Made by a program: the position numbers and the translations under genes. Of a DNA stretch of 64,000 bases, positions 31,273 to 39,952 are shown piece after piece; positions within the stretch are counted from its first letter, which is position 1, and every line of letters starts with the position of its first letter. The notes under the pieces are model-generated. The model was not told the DNA's origin, ran no database searches, and saw only the letters and a list, made by a program, of their open reading frames with translations. The DNA is from a virus (lineage: Duplodnaviria; Caudoviricetes), in IMG/VR virus record IMGVR_UViG_3300042870_001240. The stretch is one strand, 5' to 3'.

Positions 31273-33312
31273 ATGATAGAATCAAAAGATGGTAACGGAC
31301 CTATTAAAGATAAAGGAAGTAGTGGTGATTCTGCCACACCTGTTTTAGACAACTTTAGTAGAGACCTAATTAAATTAGCCGAAGAAGGTAAATTAGACCC
31401 TGTAATAGGTCGAGAGAGAGAAATAACGAGAATCGCTCAAATCCTTTCAAGACGCAAGAAAAACAACCCAATCATTATCGGTGAACCAGGTTGTGGTAAA
31501 ACCGCAATTGCCGAAGGATTGGCGATTAAAATTTTTAACGGAGATTGTCCAAGAAATTTAATGGATAAACGAATATTATCTTTAGATATGACTTCAATAG
31601 TTGCTGGGACAAAATATCGTGGACAATTTGAGGAACGTATGAAGGTAATCATTGAAGAACTTCAAAACGCACCAAGTATTATTATTTTTATCGATGAAAT
31701 ACACACAATTGTTGGTGCAGGTAATTCATCTGGTTCAATGGACGCATCAAATATCTTTAAACCCGCACTTGCAAGGGGAGAAATCCAATGTATTGGGGCA
31801 ACAACTTTAGATGAGTATCGTAAGAATTTTGAAAAAGACGGAGCCTTAGAAAGACGATTCCAAAAGGTAATTGTCGATTCCGCAACAAAAGAGGAAACAA
31901 TCCAAATCCTACAACACAGTAAAGAGAGATACGAAAATTATCATAAAGTAAAATATTCTGACGAAATCTTATCACTATGTGTTGATTTAGCTGAACGATA
32001 TATCACAGATAGAGAATTTCCAGATAAGGCGTTCGATATTATTGATGAGGTTGGAGCTAGAAGTCAAGTTGAGGTGAAGATGCCCGAAATTATTGAGAAG
32101 TTAAAAGAACAGGCTCAGGACATTAAACAAGAAAAACTTAATGTTGTTAAAAAACAAAACTATGAAGAAGCCGCAAGTCTAAGAGATAAGGAAAGACGAA
32201 TTTTAGATAAGTTAGATTCAGAAAAGAAAAAATTTGAGTCTGAATTACAAACACAAAAGAAAGAGGTTACTGTCGAATTAGTATACGAAGTTGTTTCAAA
32301 TATGACTAAGATTCCACTATCTAAATTAAATGCTAATGAGACTCAATTATTGGCCAAATTAGACGAAAGATTAGGTAGTAAAGTTATTGGTCAATCTGAA
32401 GCGGTGTCAAGAATTGCAAAGTCTATTAGAAGAAATAGATTGGGTATTAAAGACCCTAACAAACCAATTGGGTCTTTTATTTTCTTGGGGTCAACAGGTG
32501 TTGGTAAAACACATTTGGCAAAACAATTGGCTAAAGAAATGTTTGGTAGTGAGGAGAATTTGATTAGAATGGATATGTCAGAATTCCAAGAAAAACATAC
32601 CATATCTCGTTTAATTGGCGCTCCTCCAGGATATGTTGGTTATGATGAAGGAGGACAATTAACCGAACAGGTTAAAAACAAACCTTATTCTGTAATCTTA
32701 TTTGATGAGATTGAAAAAGCAAACAAAGACATCTTTTCAACATTGTTACAAGTATTAGACGATGGTCATATTACTGACGGATTAGGTAGAAAAATTAACT
32801 TTAAAAATTGTGTCATCATTATGACTTCAAATATTGGAGTTAAAAAACTACAGGATTTTGGGACAGGAGTTGGTTTTAAAACTTCATCAAACACTTACGT
32901 TAAGGAAGAACATAAACGAGACATGTTGAAAAAAGAACTTCAAAAATTCTTTGCTCCTGAATTTTTAAACAGAATTGACGAGGTCGTTATTTTTAACACA
33001 TTAAAACGAGATGAAGTTAAACAAATCGTTAAATTAGAAATGGATAAACTTTGTGAAAGATTAGTTAAATTAAAATATAACATAACTTATGATGAATCCG
33101 TATTGGATTTAATTTCAGAAGTTGGTTTTGATGAAACCTATGGTGCAAGACCATTAAAGAGAGCTATCCAAGACAAAGTTGAGGATTTTATTTCTGAAGA
33201 AGTTTTAAAAGGAGTTATTCTTGAGGACGTTAGTTATATTCTATATGTCGATAACACCGATGTTAAACTAAAGATAGTTAAAAAGACTAAAAAGAAAAAA
33301 GGGGAAAATTAA
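31273..33312 (+). CDS. clpC: ClpC-like AAA+ chaperone/protease ATPase lacking the N-terminal Clp-repeat domain
   Basis: GEPGCGKT and GSTGVGKT Walker A, FIDEIH and FDEIEK Walker B, GARPL, UVR-like KQNYEEAASLRD. Confidence 0.9.
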   Translation: MIESKDGNGPIKDKGSSGDSATPVLDNFSRDLIKLAEEGKLDPVIGREREITRIAQILSRRKKNNPIIIGEPGCGKTAIAEGLAIKIFNGDCPRNLMDKRILSLDMTSIVAGTKYRGQFEERMKVIIEELQNAPSIIIFIDEIHTIVGAGNSSGSMDASNIFKPALARGEIQCIGATTLDEYRKNFEKDGALERRFQKVIVDSATKEETIQILQHSKERYENYHKVKYSDEILSLCVDLAERYITDREFPDKAFDIIDEVGARSQVEVKMPEIIEKLKEQAQDIKQEKLNVVKKQNYEEAASLRDKERRILDKLDSEKKKFESELQTQKKEVTVELVYEVVSNMTKIPLSKLNANETQLLAKLDERLGSKVIGQSEAVSRIAKSIRRNRLGIKDPNKPIGSFIFLGSTGVGKTHLAKQLAKEMFGSEENLIRMDMSEFQEKHTISRLIGAPPGYVGYDEGGQLTEQVKNKPYSVILFDEIEKANKDIFSTLLQVLDDGHITDGLGRKINFKNCVIIMTSNIGVKKLQDFGTGVGFKTSSNTYVKEEHKRDMLKKELQKFFAPEFLNRIDEVVIFNTLKRDEVKQIVKLEMDKLCERLVKLKYNITYDESVLDLISEVGFDETYGARPLKRAIQDKVEDFISEEVLKGVILEDVSYILYVDNTDVKLKIVKKTKKKKGEN

Positions 33313-33325
33313 TTCCCTTTTTTTT

Positions 33326-34153
33326 TTAATCAAATAGTATGTAATTATTTTTTGGTTTAGGAGTAAAGGAATGTTTTGTATACCCCAATTTCTCAATCAT
33401 TTTTTTACCTATTTCGATTCCACTGTAAACATCTTCAATTACAACATATTCGTTTGGTGTGTGATAATTGTAATACCCGATTGCAAAATTAATACATGAA
33501 AAATCAAAAAGTTGTTTTAACGCATATACGTCAGTATAGGGGTGAGATTGGTATTTTTGTCTTTTCTCAAATCCCTCTGTCAACACCTCATCACAAGATG
33601 TAAAAAATTCAGTATCTCTATCAAATAATTGAACCCCCATACAAAATTCTGAAACCATCCAATTACCAGGAGCATCAAATTGAATCGCATATCCCACATT
33701 TGTGAAGAATATTTTATCCGCCTTTCTTGACCCATGACAACCTGTTTCTTCAGATACAAAGAACGCGGCCTTTAAGTTAGGAAGTTCTTTTAATAACTCC
33801 AAACAAGCATAAATTCCACATTTATCGTCACCACCAATACCTGTTGGGTTACCCTTATCATTATACGCCTTTAAGGACGGCTTCAATTCATTCTGAGCGT
33901 TTGGTAATAATCCCTCACGAATATTGATTGTGTCAATATTGTGTACGGTATCGGTGTGAGCAACAACACATGGAAAATATTCAATATTTTCATCGGTTTG
34001 TTTTGTTGCGTAAATGTTAGACATTCCATCAACAAAAAACGGGATATTGTTTTCAGATAACCAATTGGTGATGAACTCAACCATTTGTTCTTCTTGGTAC
34101 GTTTTGGATGGAACGGACAAAACACTCTTTAAAAGTTCGTAGTCTCTTTGCAT
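33326..34153 (-). CDS. M20/M28-family metallopeptidase
   Basis: AHTDTV, GGDDKCG, EETG, GYYNYHT. Confidence 0.8.
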   Translation of the reverse strand: MQRDYELLKSVLSVPSKTYQEEQMVEFITNWLSENNIPFFVDGMSNIYATKQTDENIEYFPCVVAHTDTVHNIDTINIREGLLPNAQNELKPSLKAYNDKGNPTGIGGDDKCGIYACLELLKELPNLKAAFFVSEETGCHGSRKADKIFFTNVGYAIQFDAPGNWMVSEFCMGVQLFDRDTEFFTSCDEVLTEGFEKRQKYQSHPYTDVYALKQLFDFSCINFAIGYYNYHTPNEYVVIEDVYSGIEIGKKMIEKLGYTKHSFTPKPKNNYILFD

Positions 34154-34162
34154 AACACAAAG

Positions 34163-35566
34163 TTAAACCCTTTTTCGGAAATTCAAGATTTTATTTTCAA
34201 ATAATTCAGGATTATGTAGGAAGTCTTGGAATTCCTCAAGAGTATAACTTCTTGGTTCACCCATTGTCCCACCTGATTTGTAATATGTTAAAAATATTTT
34301 ATTAGTTTTTGGGTCTATTTTTTGAATTCTAAAACTTTCGGATGGATTCCCTCTAGTTAATTTATAAGCTCTATTTAAATCGTATTGTGATAAAACTTTA
34401 TCAATTATTTCTCTAAATTTAGTTAGATTTGGATACTTATTACTATCCTCAATTTCTTCTAATATTTTTTCTAACTCATACTTTGCGTTTCTATTAACAG
34501 AATCGATATCTAAATTTCCACTACCATAGTCGTACATAGAGTCCTCATATGGTCCAACCGACATTGTATGACCAATCTTTGATAACATCTCTGTTAAGTC
34601 CACATGTCTTTCTTTCTCAATATTATACATCGCCAATAAGACATTAACAGTTGTTACATATGAGTAAAAACATCCTGACTTAGCAAATAACCCGTAATTT
34701 TGAAATGCGTCACATAATTCATTTGTTACATACTCTTCAGCGGCTTCTTGCATTGCAGAATTTTTTTCATTTGAAAAATCATCAATAATGTTGTCAATTT
34801 GTCGGCTAAAAGTGTCTCTCAATAATTCTGAAGCATCCTTATATGGTTCGTCATCCTTAAGTTCCGCAATTTCAGGTTTAACATAAATTAAAATTTGTTT
34901 AATTAACGCAATGTTTTCTTCATTAAGCTCACTCATTAAATAACCCTCATCCCAATCATGATATCCCGTATCACTTGAGTAAAACATTGAGTCGTAATGG
35001 TATGATGAACTAAATAAAGTTTTTAAAAACCATATATCCCCCTCACCTAAATCAAATAAATTAAAATAATCCTCATTATCGGTAAATTTAAGTGTAACCA
35101 TACTTTTACCAGGGGTGTTCTTGTTAAATTTGAATCCTCCTATTAATCCATCAATATCGGATAACTTATATACATCAATTTCTTCCCCACCACTAATTCT
35201 CTTTAATGCCCCATAAATGTTACTAACACCAATGGCCTCATAAAGTTTATCTCTAATTACAGGAAATTTCTCAAGAATATCAGTAATTGTTAAACTATTG
35301 TTGTCATAACCAATGTATTCAATTACTCCTTTATGTGGTTTGTGAATTAAATACGATAATGTCGGAGTAAGATAATCACCTTCTTTATCGACAATAATAT
35401 AATTATCCCCATCACGATATCTATTATAATATTTAGAAAAAAATGGAGGCCCAAAATATTTTGCGGACTCCAAAGTGTTACATTTTAATAACATAACCTT
35501 ATCATCTTCATAGAAGATTTGACTACCGTCATAAGCTTCGTTTTTGTTTTCCTCTGTCTCTGTCAT
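34163..35566 (-). CDS. hypothetical protein
   Basis: Long ORF; ATG at 35566 follows TATTTAT (35578-35584). Confidence 0.65.
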   Translation of the reverse strand: MTETEENKNEAYDGSQIFYEDDKVMLLKCNTLESAKYFGPPFFSKYYNRYRDGDNYIIVDKEGDYLTPTLSYLIHKPHKGVIEYIGYDNNSLTITDILEKFPVIRDKLYEAIGVSNIYGALKRISGGEEIDVYKLSDIDGLIGGFKFNKNTPGKSMVTLKFTDNEDYFNLFDLGEGDIWFLKTLFSSSYHYDSMFYSSDTGYHDWDEGYLMSELNEENIALIKQILIYVKPEIAELKDDEPYKDASELLRDTFSRQIDNIIDDFSNEKNSAMQEAAEEYVTNELCDAFQNYGLFAKSGCFYSYVTTVNVLLAMYNIEKERHVDLTEMLSKIGHTMSVGPYEDSMYDYGSGNLDIDSVNRNAKYELEKILEEIEDSNKYPNLTKFREIIDKVLSQYDLNRAYKLTRGNPSESFRIQKIDPKTNKIFLTYYKSGGTMGEPRSYTLEEFQDFLHNPELFENKILNFRKRV

Positions 35567-35593
35567 ATTTATATCAAATAAATACTTTGAAAA

Positions 35594-35645
35594 TTTGTTA
35601 TCGTCAGATTTATTCGTATATTTGTAAAACAATAGTTCTTTAACA
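35594..35645 (+). promoter_or_regulatory. Bacteroidetes-type promoter plus boxA-like element for tmRNA
   Basis: TTTG(35594)-N19-TATATTTG(35617), then AGTTCTTTAACA (35634-35645). Confidence 0.7.
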
Positions 35646-35649
35646 TCAT

Positions 35650-36063
35650 GGGGGTAAATTGGAATTGACTGACATAGTTGGTTGTTCGGGGCATGTCAAG
35701 GCTGAGCTAACCTTGTAAAACTGGTTTAAATCGATATACGGCAACGTTATCAACAAACTTTCTGCAGTAGGATTAATCCGCACTGAAGAAAATGTTTCAG
35801 TAGCCTAAGGCGAAAAAAACAACGGGTAGATAGACTTATACCTAGGAACAGAACAGTCTTCATGGTGTGACATCTACCATAAAAGGTGTAAACTCTAACC
35901 AATCAGAGGATAATCAGATGGCAGAGGATAAGTTCTCAGTAAACCGAACTGTATAATAAGGGAACTGTGGGATTTCGGATTGTTAGATTAAACAATGACC
36001 TAAACATGTAGTCCTTAATAATCGTTATGGACAACTACGAGGGTTCGAGTCCCTCTATCTCCA
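35650..36063 (+). ncRNA. ssrA: tmRNA
   Basis: 5' GGGGGTA pairs with 3' TATCTCC-A including G3:U70; T arm GAGGG-TTCGAGT-CCCTC; 5' GGAATTGAC; tag ORF 35740-35808 GNVINKLSAVGLIRTEENVSVA*. Confidence 0.9.
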
Positions 36064-36120
36064 CATTTAACATTTTTGTTCTTTTACTATATTTTGAAAT
36101 ATTTATAGTGAAAGAACAAA

Positions 36121-36801
36121 ATGCCAAGAAAAAAACCTAATTTCCACTATATCTATAAAACCATTTGTAATTTTAATCAAAAATACTATATCGGAATGCA
36201 CAGCACATCTAATTTAGAGGATGGGTATATGGGTAGTGGTAAAAGATTAAGATATTCAATAAGAAAGTATGGTAAGGATAACCACACTAAAATTATTATA
36301 GAGTTTTTACCTAACAGAGAATCATTAAAAGAACGTGAAATTGAAATTGTTAATTCGGATTTATTATTAGATGAAAATTGTATAAATCTTAAAACAGGTG
36401 GTTATGGTGGAGGGAAATTTTATTCTGAAGAACATAAATTAAAATGTTCTAAATCCGGTAATGAAATGTTTTTAAAAAAAATGCAAGATGAGGAGTATCG
36501 GAAAGAGTTTTCGAAAAAATTAAGTAATGCTTATAAAAAACAAGTTCTTGAAGGTAAACGAGAAAAAAAATATTTTTACCATTGGAATGGGAAAACTCAC
36601 ACAGATGAATCTAAACAAAAAATGAGTGAAGTGAAGAAAGGGACTGGTATTGGTATTAAAAATTCACAATACGGGACTTGTTGGATAACTAAAAATAACG
36701 AAAATAAAAAAATTAAAAAGACTGACATTAATCTGTATTTAGATGATGGATGGGTTAGAGGTAGAAATACAGGTATAACCAAAAAGATAACTAAAGTATA
36801 A
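36121..36801 (+). CDS. GIY-YIG (Seg-like) homing endonuclease with a NUMOD3-like motif
   Basis: YIY...YYIGMH...YMGSG; HTDESKQKMSE. Confidence 0.85.
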   Translation: MPRKKPNFHYIYKTICNFNQKYYIGMHSTSNLEDGYMGSGKRLRYSIRKYGKDNHTKIIIEFLPNRESLKEREIEIVNSDLLLDENCINLKTGGYGGGKFYSEEHKLKCSKSGNEMFLKKMQDEEYRKEFSKKLSNAYKKQVLEGKREKKYFYHWNGKTHTDESKQKMSEVKKGTGIGIKNSQYGTCWITKNNENKKIKKTDINLYLDDGWVRGRNTGITKKITKV

Positions 36802-36802
36802 T

Positions 36803-36836
36803 AAAAAACCCCACCTGTTTAGGATGGGGTTTTTTT
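36803..36836. terminator. bidirectional terminator
   Basis: AAAAAACCCCA...TGGGGTTTTTT between convergent genes. Confidence 0.8.
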
Positions 36837-36837
36837 G

Positions 36838-37137
36838 TTAGGATTTAAATCCCTCAATGATTTGTAATAGTTTGTCAGCTCGTTTGTCAGTATGACTTTT
36901 AGATTCTTGATGAAGTTCATCGATACGTCTATAGATGTGGTCAACAGTAACGTCTAACTCACGTTTATTTTCGTCTAAAATTCTTTGGTCGTAATCAACA
37001 TCTCTTTCATAAGATATTCTGAAATCTTCCAAATCTTTTTTTGTTCTAACAACCTTAACTAACCCCCAAACAAGAGCAACAATAAAAATTATTGCAATAA
37101 TCGAAAGGACACCTAAAGTAAAATAAAATGTTTCCAT
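36838..37137 (-). CDS. small membrane-anchored coiled-coil protein
   Basis: N-terminal TM helix FTLGVLSIIAIIFIVALVWGLV. Confidence 0.65.
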   Translation of the reverse strand: METFYFTLGVLSIIAIIFIVALVWGLVKVVRTKKDLEDFRISYERDVDYDQRILDENKRELDVTVDHIYRRIDELHQESKSHTDKRADKLLQIIEGFKS

Positions 37138-37206
37138 TATTTTAAGATTTTGTTTTTTATACCTCAAGGGTAATAAAATATAATGGAGAGTGTAGAAAAA
37201 GGAAAT

Positions 37207-37250
37207 AAAAAAAAGGGAGATAATGATGGCTAGTCAAAATCTCCCTTTTA
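37207..37250 (-). terminator. terminator closing the RNA-gene transcript
   Basis: Minus strand AAGGGAGAT...ATCTCCCTTTTTTTT. Confidence 0.7.
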
Positions 37251-37632
37251 GCCTAAACATTGTCACTCGGTAAGTTCAACCCGAGGTAGTGATTAGTGAA
37301 ACCTCTACCTAACTTCTATCGTGAGTTGTGATTGGTGTACGACCTAAACGTTTGTATGTTTATTACCCTTTATTAATTTTAAGACTTAAAGGGAACGTGG
37401 TTATAACAAAATCCACATCCTATAAAAAAAGTCCTGACAATTTTTACCACTATATCACCTCAGGTTGTCGTGTCAAAGACAGATTGGTACTTATTACTTT
37501 TTATATTTTCTATGAGGTAGAATCGTGAAGTCACAAGATAAAACAAACACGCAAAGACCCAAATCATTATGTTTTCCTTCAGTTTAAACTCGTGGTGGGT
37601 GTTATGATTTAAAAAAACACGTACGGAGTCAC
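37250..37632 (-). ncRNA. candidate ~380-nt structured RNA (unassigned)
   Basis: No credible ORF; multiple inverted repeats; lies between tRNA-Met and a terminator. Confidence 0.45.
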
Positions 37633-37636
37633 TTAG

Positions 37637-37709
37637 TTGCGGGAGAAGGATTCGAACCTCCGACCTAAAGGTTATGAGCCTTTCGAGCTACCAACTGCTC
37701 TATCCCACT
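37637..37709 (-). tRNA. tRNA-Met(CAT), initiator-like, no encoded CCA
   Basis: Cloverleaf; loop CTCATAA; unpaired 1:72 (A:A); TTCGAAT T loop. Confidence 0.9.
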
Positions 37710-37727
37710 ATATTTGGCTATAAATAA

Positions 37728-38590
37728 GGCTGAGATTACACCTGTTTATGAGAAACTTTAGTAGGATTATTGATTCCCCACATATCCACTTCCTTTTGAG
37801 AAGTATTCCTCAGTGACGATTGGTTAGACCAATCACTTCTTGAGATATCAGTTACTCTCTTATTACTTAACTCTCTTCAAAGATGCCTCTCCGACTCTTC
37901 CTTATGGGAATAGAGGTTTTTGGTAAGAATACAGTCAGACTTGCGGTCTTCATGTGCAATGAACGGCTCATTACTATGTAGTCACCTTTCACTGATACCT
38001 AACGGACACTTTTGCTTATTTTTAGTTAATTTTACTTAATTTAGTATAAGTTACGTGTTGTGGATGAATCAAAGTAGCGGTCCGTTGAAGGATTCGTTCT
38101 CTTTTGGAAAACGAAATACCAAACTACTCCGTGAGATGTCCCCATCTCCATATTTTAAGATTACTTCGTACCAAGACTTTGGTAAGTCTTTGATAAGGAC
38201 AGTAGCGACACCACTCGTTCTCTATCTTACCTTTCGGTTTTAAGTCCCCTCTTATATTGGTAACCGCAATCATGTAGTTGGAGACCACATTTTTTGCTTG
38301 ATACCTATGGGTTATTCTTATTGGAGTTCCCTCCTCAGACTGACAATCCACATTGCCGTTCCACCCAACCACTTTCCCTAAAGCGTTGCCCTCAGTACTA
38401 AAGGTCGGATGATATCCCACTTGTGTACTCGACCTCGGTTTCCCAAGACGCGAACCTACTAACACTTGAAGATTCACTTTATCCCACTTTCGTGGTTTAT
38501 TTAACGACCATACACGGCCGATTATCTTTTTTCAGTTATCTCAGAATCAACCCGAAGGTCTCATCATAAACATCCTGATGGATAATACAA
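37728..38590 (-). ncRNA. ~860-nt large ornate RNA, GOLLD-like
   Basis: No credible ORF; many GNRA/UUCG-capped hairpins; directly upstream of a tRNA in a phage; own promoter and boxA. Confidence 0.65.
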
Positions 38591-38593
38591 TAA

Positions 38594-38661
38594 TTCAAAG
38601 AACATATCGGACGTTTCCGATTTTGTTTTACAAAGATAGTAAACTTTTTTGATTTACCAAA
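38594..38661 (-). promoter_or_regulatory. promoter + hairpin + boxA-like leader, copy 1
   Basis: TTTG-N19-TATCTTTG (38661-38631), hairpin ATCGGA-AACG-TCCGAT, TGTTCTTTGAA. Confidence 0.7.
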
Positions 38662-38737
38662 TCTTTTTTTGTTTTTTTTTGAGATTAGGAAACCACGATT
38701 TTACAACTAACTGTCAACCCATTCTCATTTTGTTTTA

Positions 38738-38769
38738 CAAAGATAAGACATTTTTTTCAATCTGTCAAA
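38738..38769 (-). promoter_or_regulatory. Bacteroidetes-type promoter
   Basis: TTTG-N20-TATCTTTG. Confidence 0.6.
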
Positions 38770-38778
38770 TCTTTTTAT

Positions 38779-38895
38779 GGTTATTATAACTGATGCGGTA
38801 ACATATTTCATTTACACTTTAAATGCGAAGGAGTCCCGTAGTCACTTTCCTCACATACAACAGTAGCCCTACGGACCTAGACTGTTTCTATAACC
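38779..38895 (-). ncRNA. candidate ~115-nt structured RNA
   Basis: Terminal GGTTAT/ATAACC pairing plus crossed ACAGT/ACTGT and CCGTAG/CTACGG helices. Confidence 0.4.
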
Positions 38896-38901
38896 AATTT
38901 C

Positions 38902-38969
38902 TTCAAAGAACTAAATCAGACGTTCCCGATTTGTTTTACAAAGATAGTAAACTTTTTTGATTTACCAAA
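38902..38969 (-). promoter_or_regulatory. promoter + hairpin + boxA-like leader, copy 2
   Basis: TTTG-N19-TATCTTTG (38969-38939), hairpin ATCGGG-AACG-TCTGAT, GTTCTTTGAA. Confidence 0.7.
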
Positions 38970-39194
38970 TTTTTTTTTGTTTTTTTTTAAAAGAACTTTT
39001 TTAAATAAAAAAGGTATTGTATAAATATCACCACTTCTTTCAAATGTTTTACAAAGGTAATAAAAAAATTTTATCTGACAAGACCTGTAGGTTATTTTTT
39101 TATAAAAAATAAATTTAAAAAGAAAAAGTGACGAATAAGTCGACTTATCGTAAATAAACACGTATTTATTTATACAAATAAAAACAACAAATTT

Positions 39195-39347
39195 ATGAAA
39201 AAAGTAATTTTCGCAATAGTAATTGCAGGTAGCGTAATGTTATCATCATGCGGTGGTTCAACCACAAAATGTGAAGTCTCATCGACTGATACAACAACAG
39301 TTGATTCTGTGGTAACTCAAACAGTCGACACCGTTAAAACAAAGTAA
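39195..39347 (+). CDS. small lipoprotein (50 aa, not in ORF track)
   Basis: MKKVIFAIVIAGSVMLSS-C lipobox; Thr/Ser/Asp-rich tail; TATTTAT at 39163; terminator follows. Confidence 0.75.
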   Translation: MKKVIFAIVIAGSVMLSSCGGSTTKCEVSSTDTTTVDSVVTQTVDTVKTK

Positions 39348-39356
39348 TTAGTTTAG

Positions 39357-39384
39357 TCCCCTTAGAAATAAGGGGATTTTTTTT
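39357..39384. terminator. terminator between convergent genes
   Basis: TCCCCTT/AAGGGGA stem with T tract. Confidence 0.7.
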
Positions 39385-39952
39385 AATGGTTAATTAATTT
39401 TTTTATTTTATTAATTTCCTCTTTAATAAGTGGGTTACCATTTATAATATTTTCCTTAAAAAACGCATTACCAACAACACCAAATGGTAACGCAATTAAA
39501 TCAATGAATGGATTTCGGGTTTTACCTGTTCTATAAGTGGATGTAGATTTAGTTTCCTTTTCCTTTTTATTCTCAACGTCTTTTTCTCCACCGTTAGATG
39601 TTACAATATTTCCTGATAAAAATTTATTGGCATCAATCTTATCATTATTCTTATCCGTCACCGCATACTCAATTGGAGAATCTCCAACAGTCCCAATAAT
39701 ACTCCCTTGTTTAACTTTATCCCCAACAAATGACATTATTCGATTAACCTTACAAAAATTAGAGAAATAAGTATTACCATTAATATTATGAGCAATTTTA
39801 ATATTACCGTCACATTTAAATTTATCTGAAGATACAACAACACCTTCTGATGGGTTACGTATTACGTCAGAATTATATGAAGAGAACTCAATTGTTTTTG
39901 AAAACATCGGAGAACTTATTCTGGCATTTGGTAATGGATTTAAAATCTTCAT
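39383..39952 (-). CDS. M23-fold protein with degenerate Zn ligands
   Basis: EGVV...IKIAH...VGDKVKQGSIIG; HxxxD and HxH motifs absent. Confidence 0.6.
   Translation of the reverse strand: MKILNPLPNARISSPMFSKTIEFSSYNSDVIRNPSEGVVVSSDKFKCDGNIKIAHNINGNTYFSNFCKVNRIMSFVGDKVKQGSIIGTVGDSPIEYAVTDKNNDKIDANKFLSGNIVTSNGGEKDVENKKEKETKSTSTYRTGKTRNPFIDLIALPFGVVGNAFFKENIINGNPLIKEEINKIKKLINH

Noticed and set aside
35567-35632. ORF-track 5' extension of the 34163 gene
   Set aside because: Overlaps the tmRNA promoter; the ATG at 35566 fits the upstream TATTTAT better
38055-38477. ORFs 38055-38243 (+) and 38124-38477 (-), and similar ORFs at 37328-37528, 45263-45445, 45602-45823 and 47128-47391
   Set aside because: No plausible start context or protein motifs; they overlap structured RNA or tRNA sequence and are treated as chance frames
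38840-38860. RNase P RNA suggested by GAGGAAAGT on the minus strand
   Set aside because: Not followed by CC, the element is far too short, and the 3' P4 partner motif was not found
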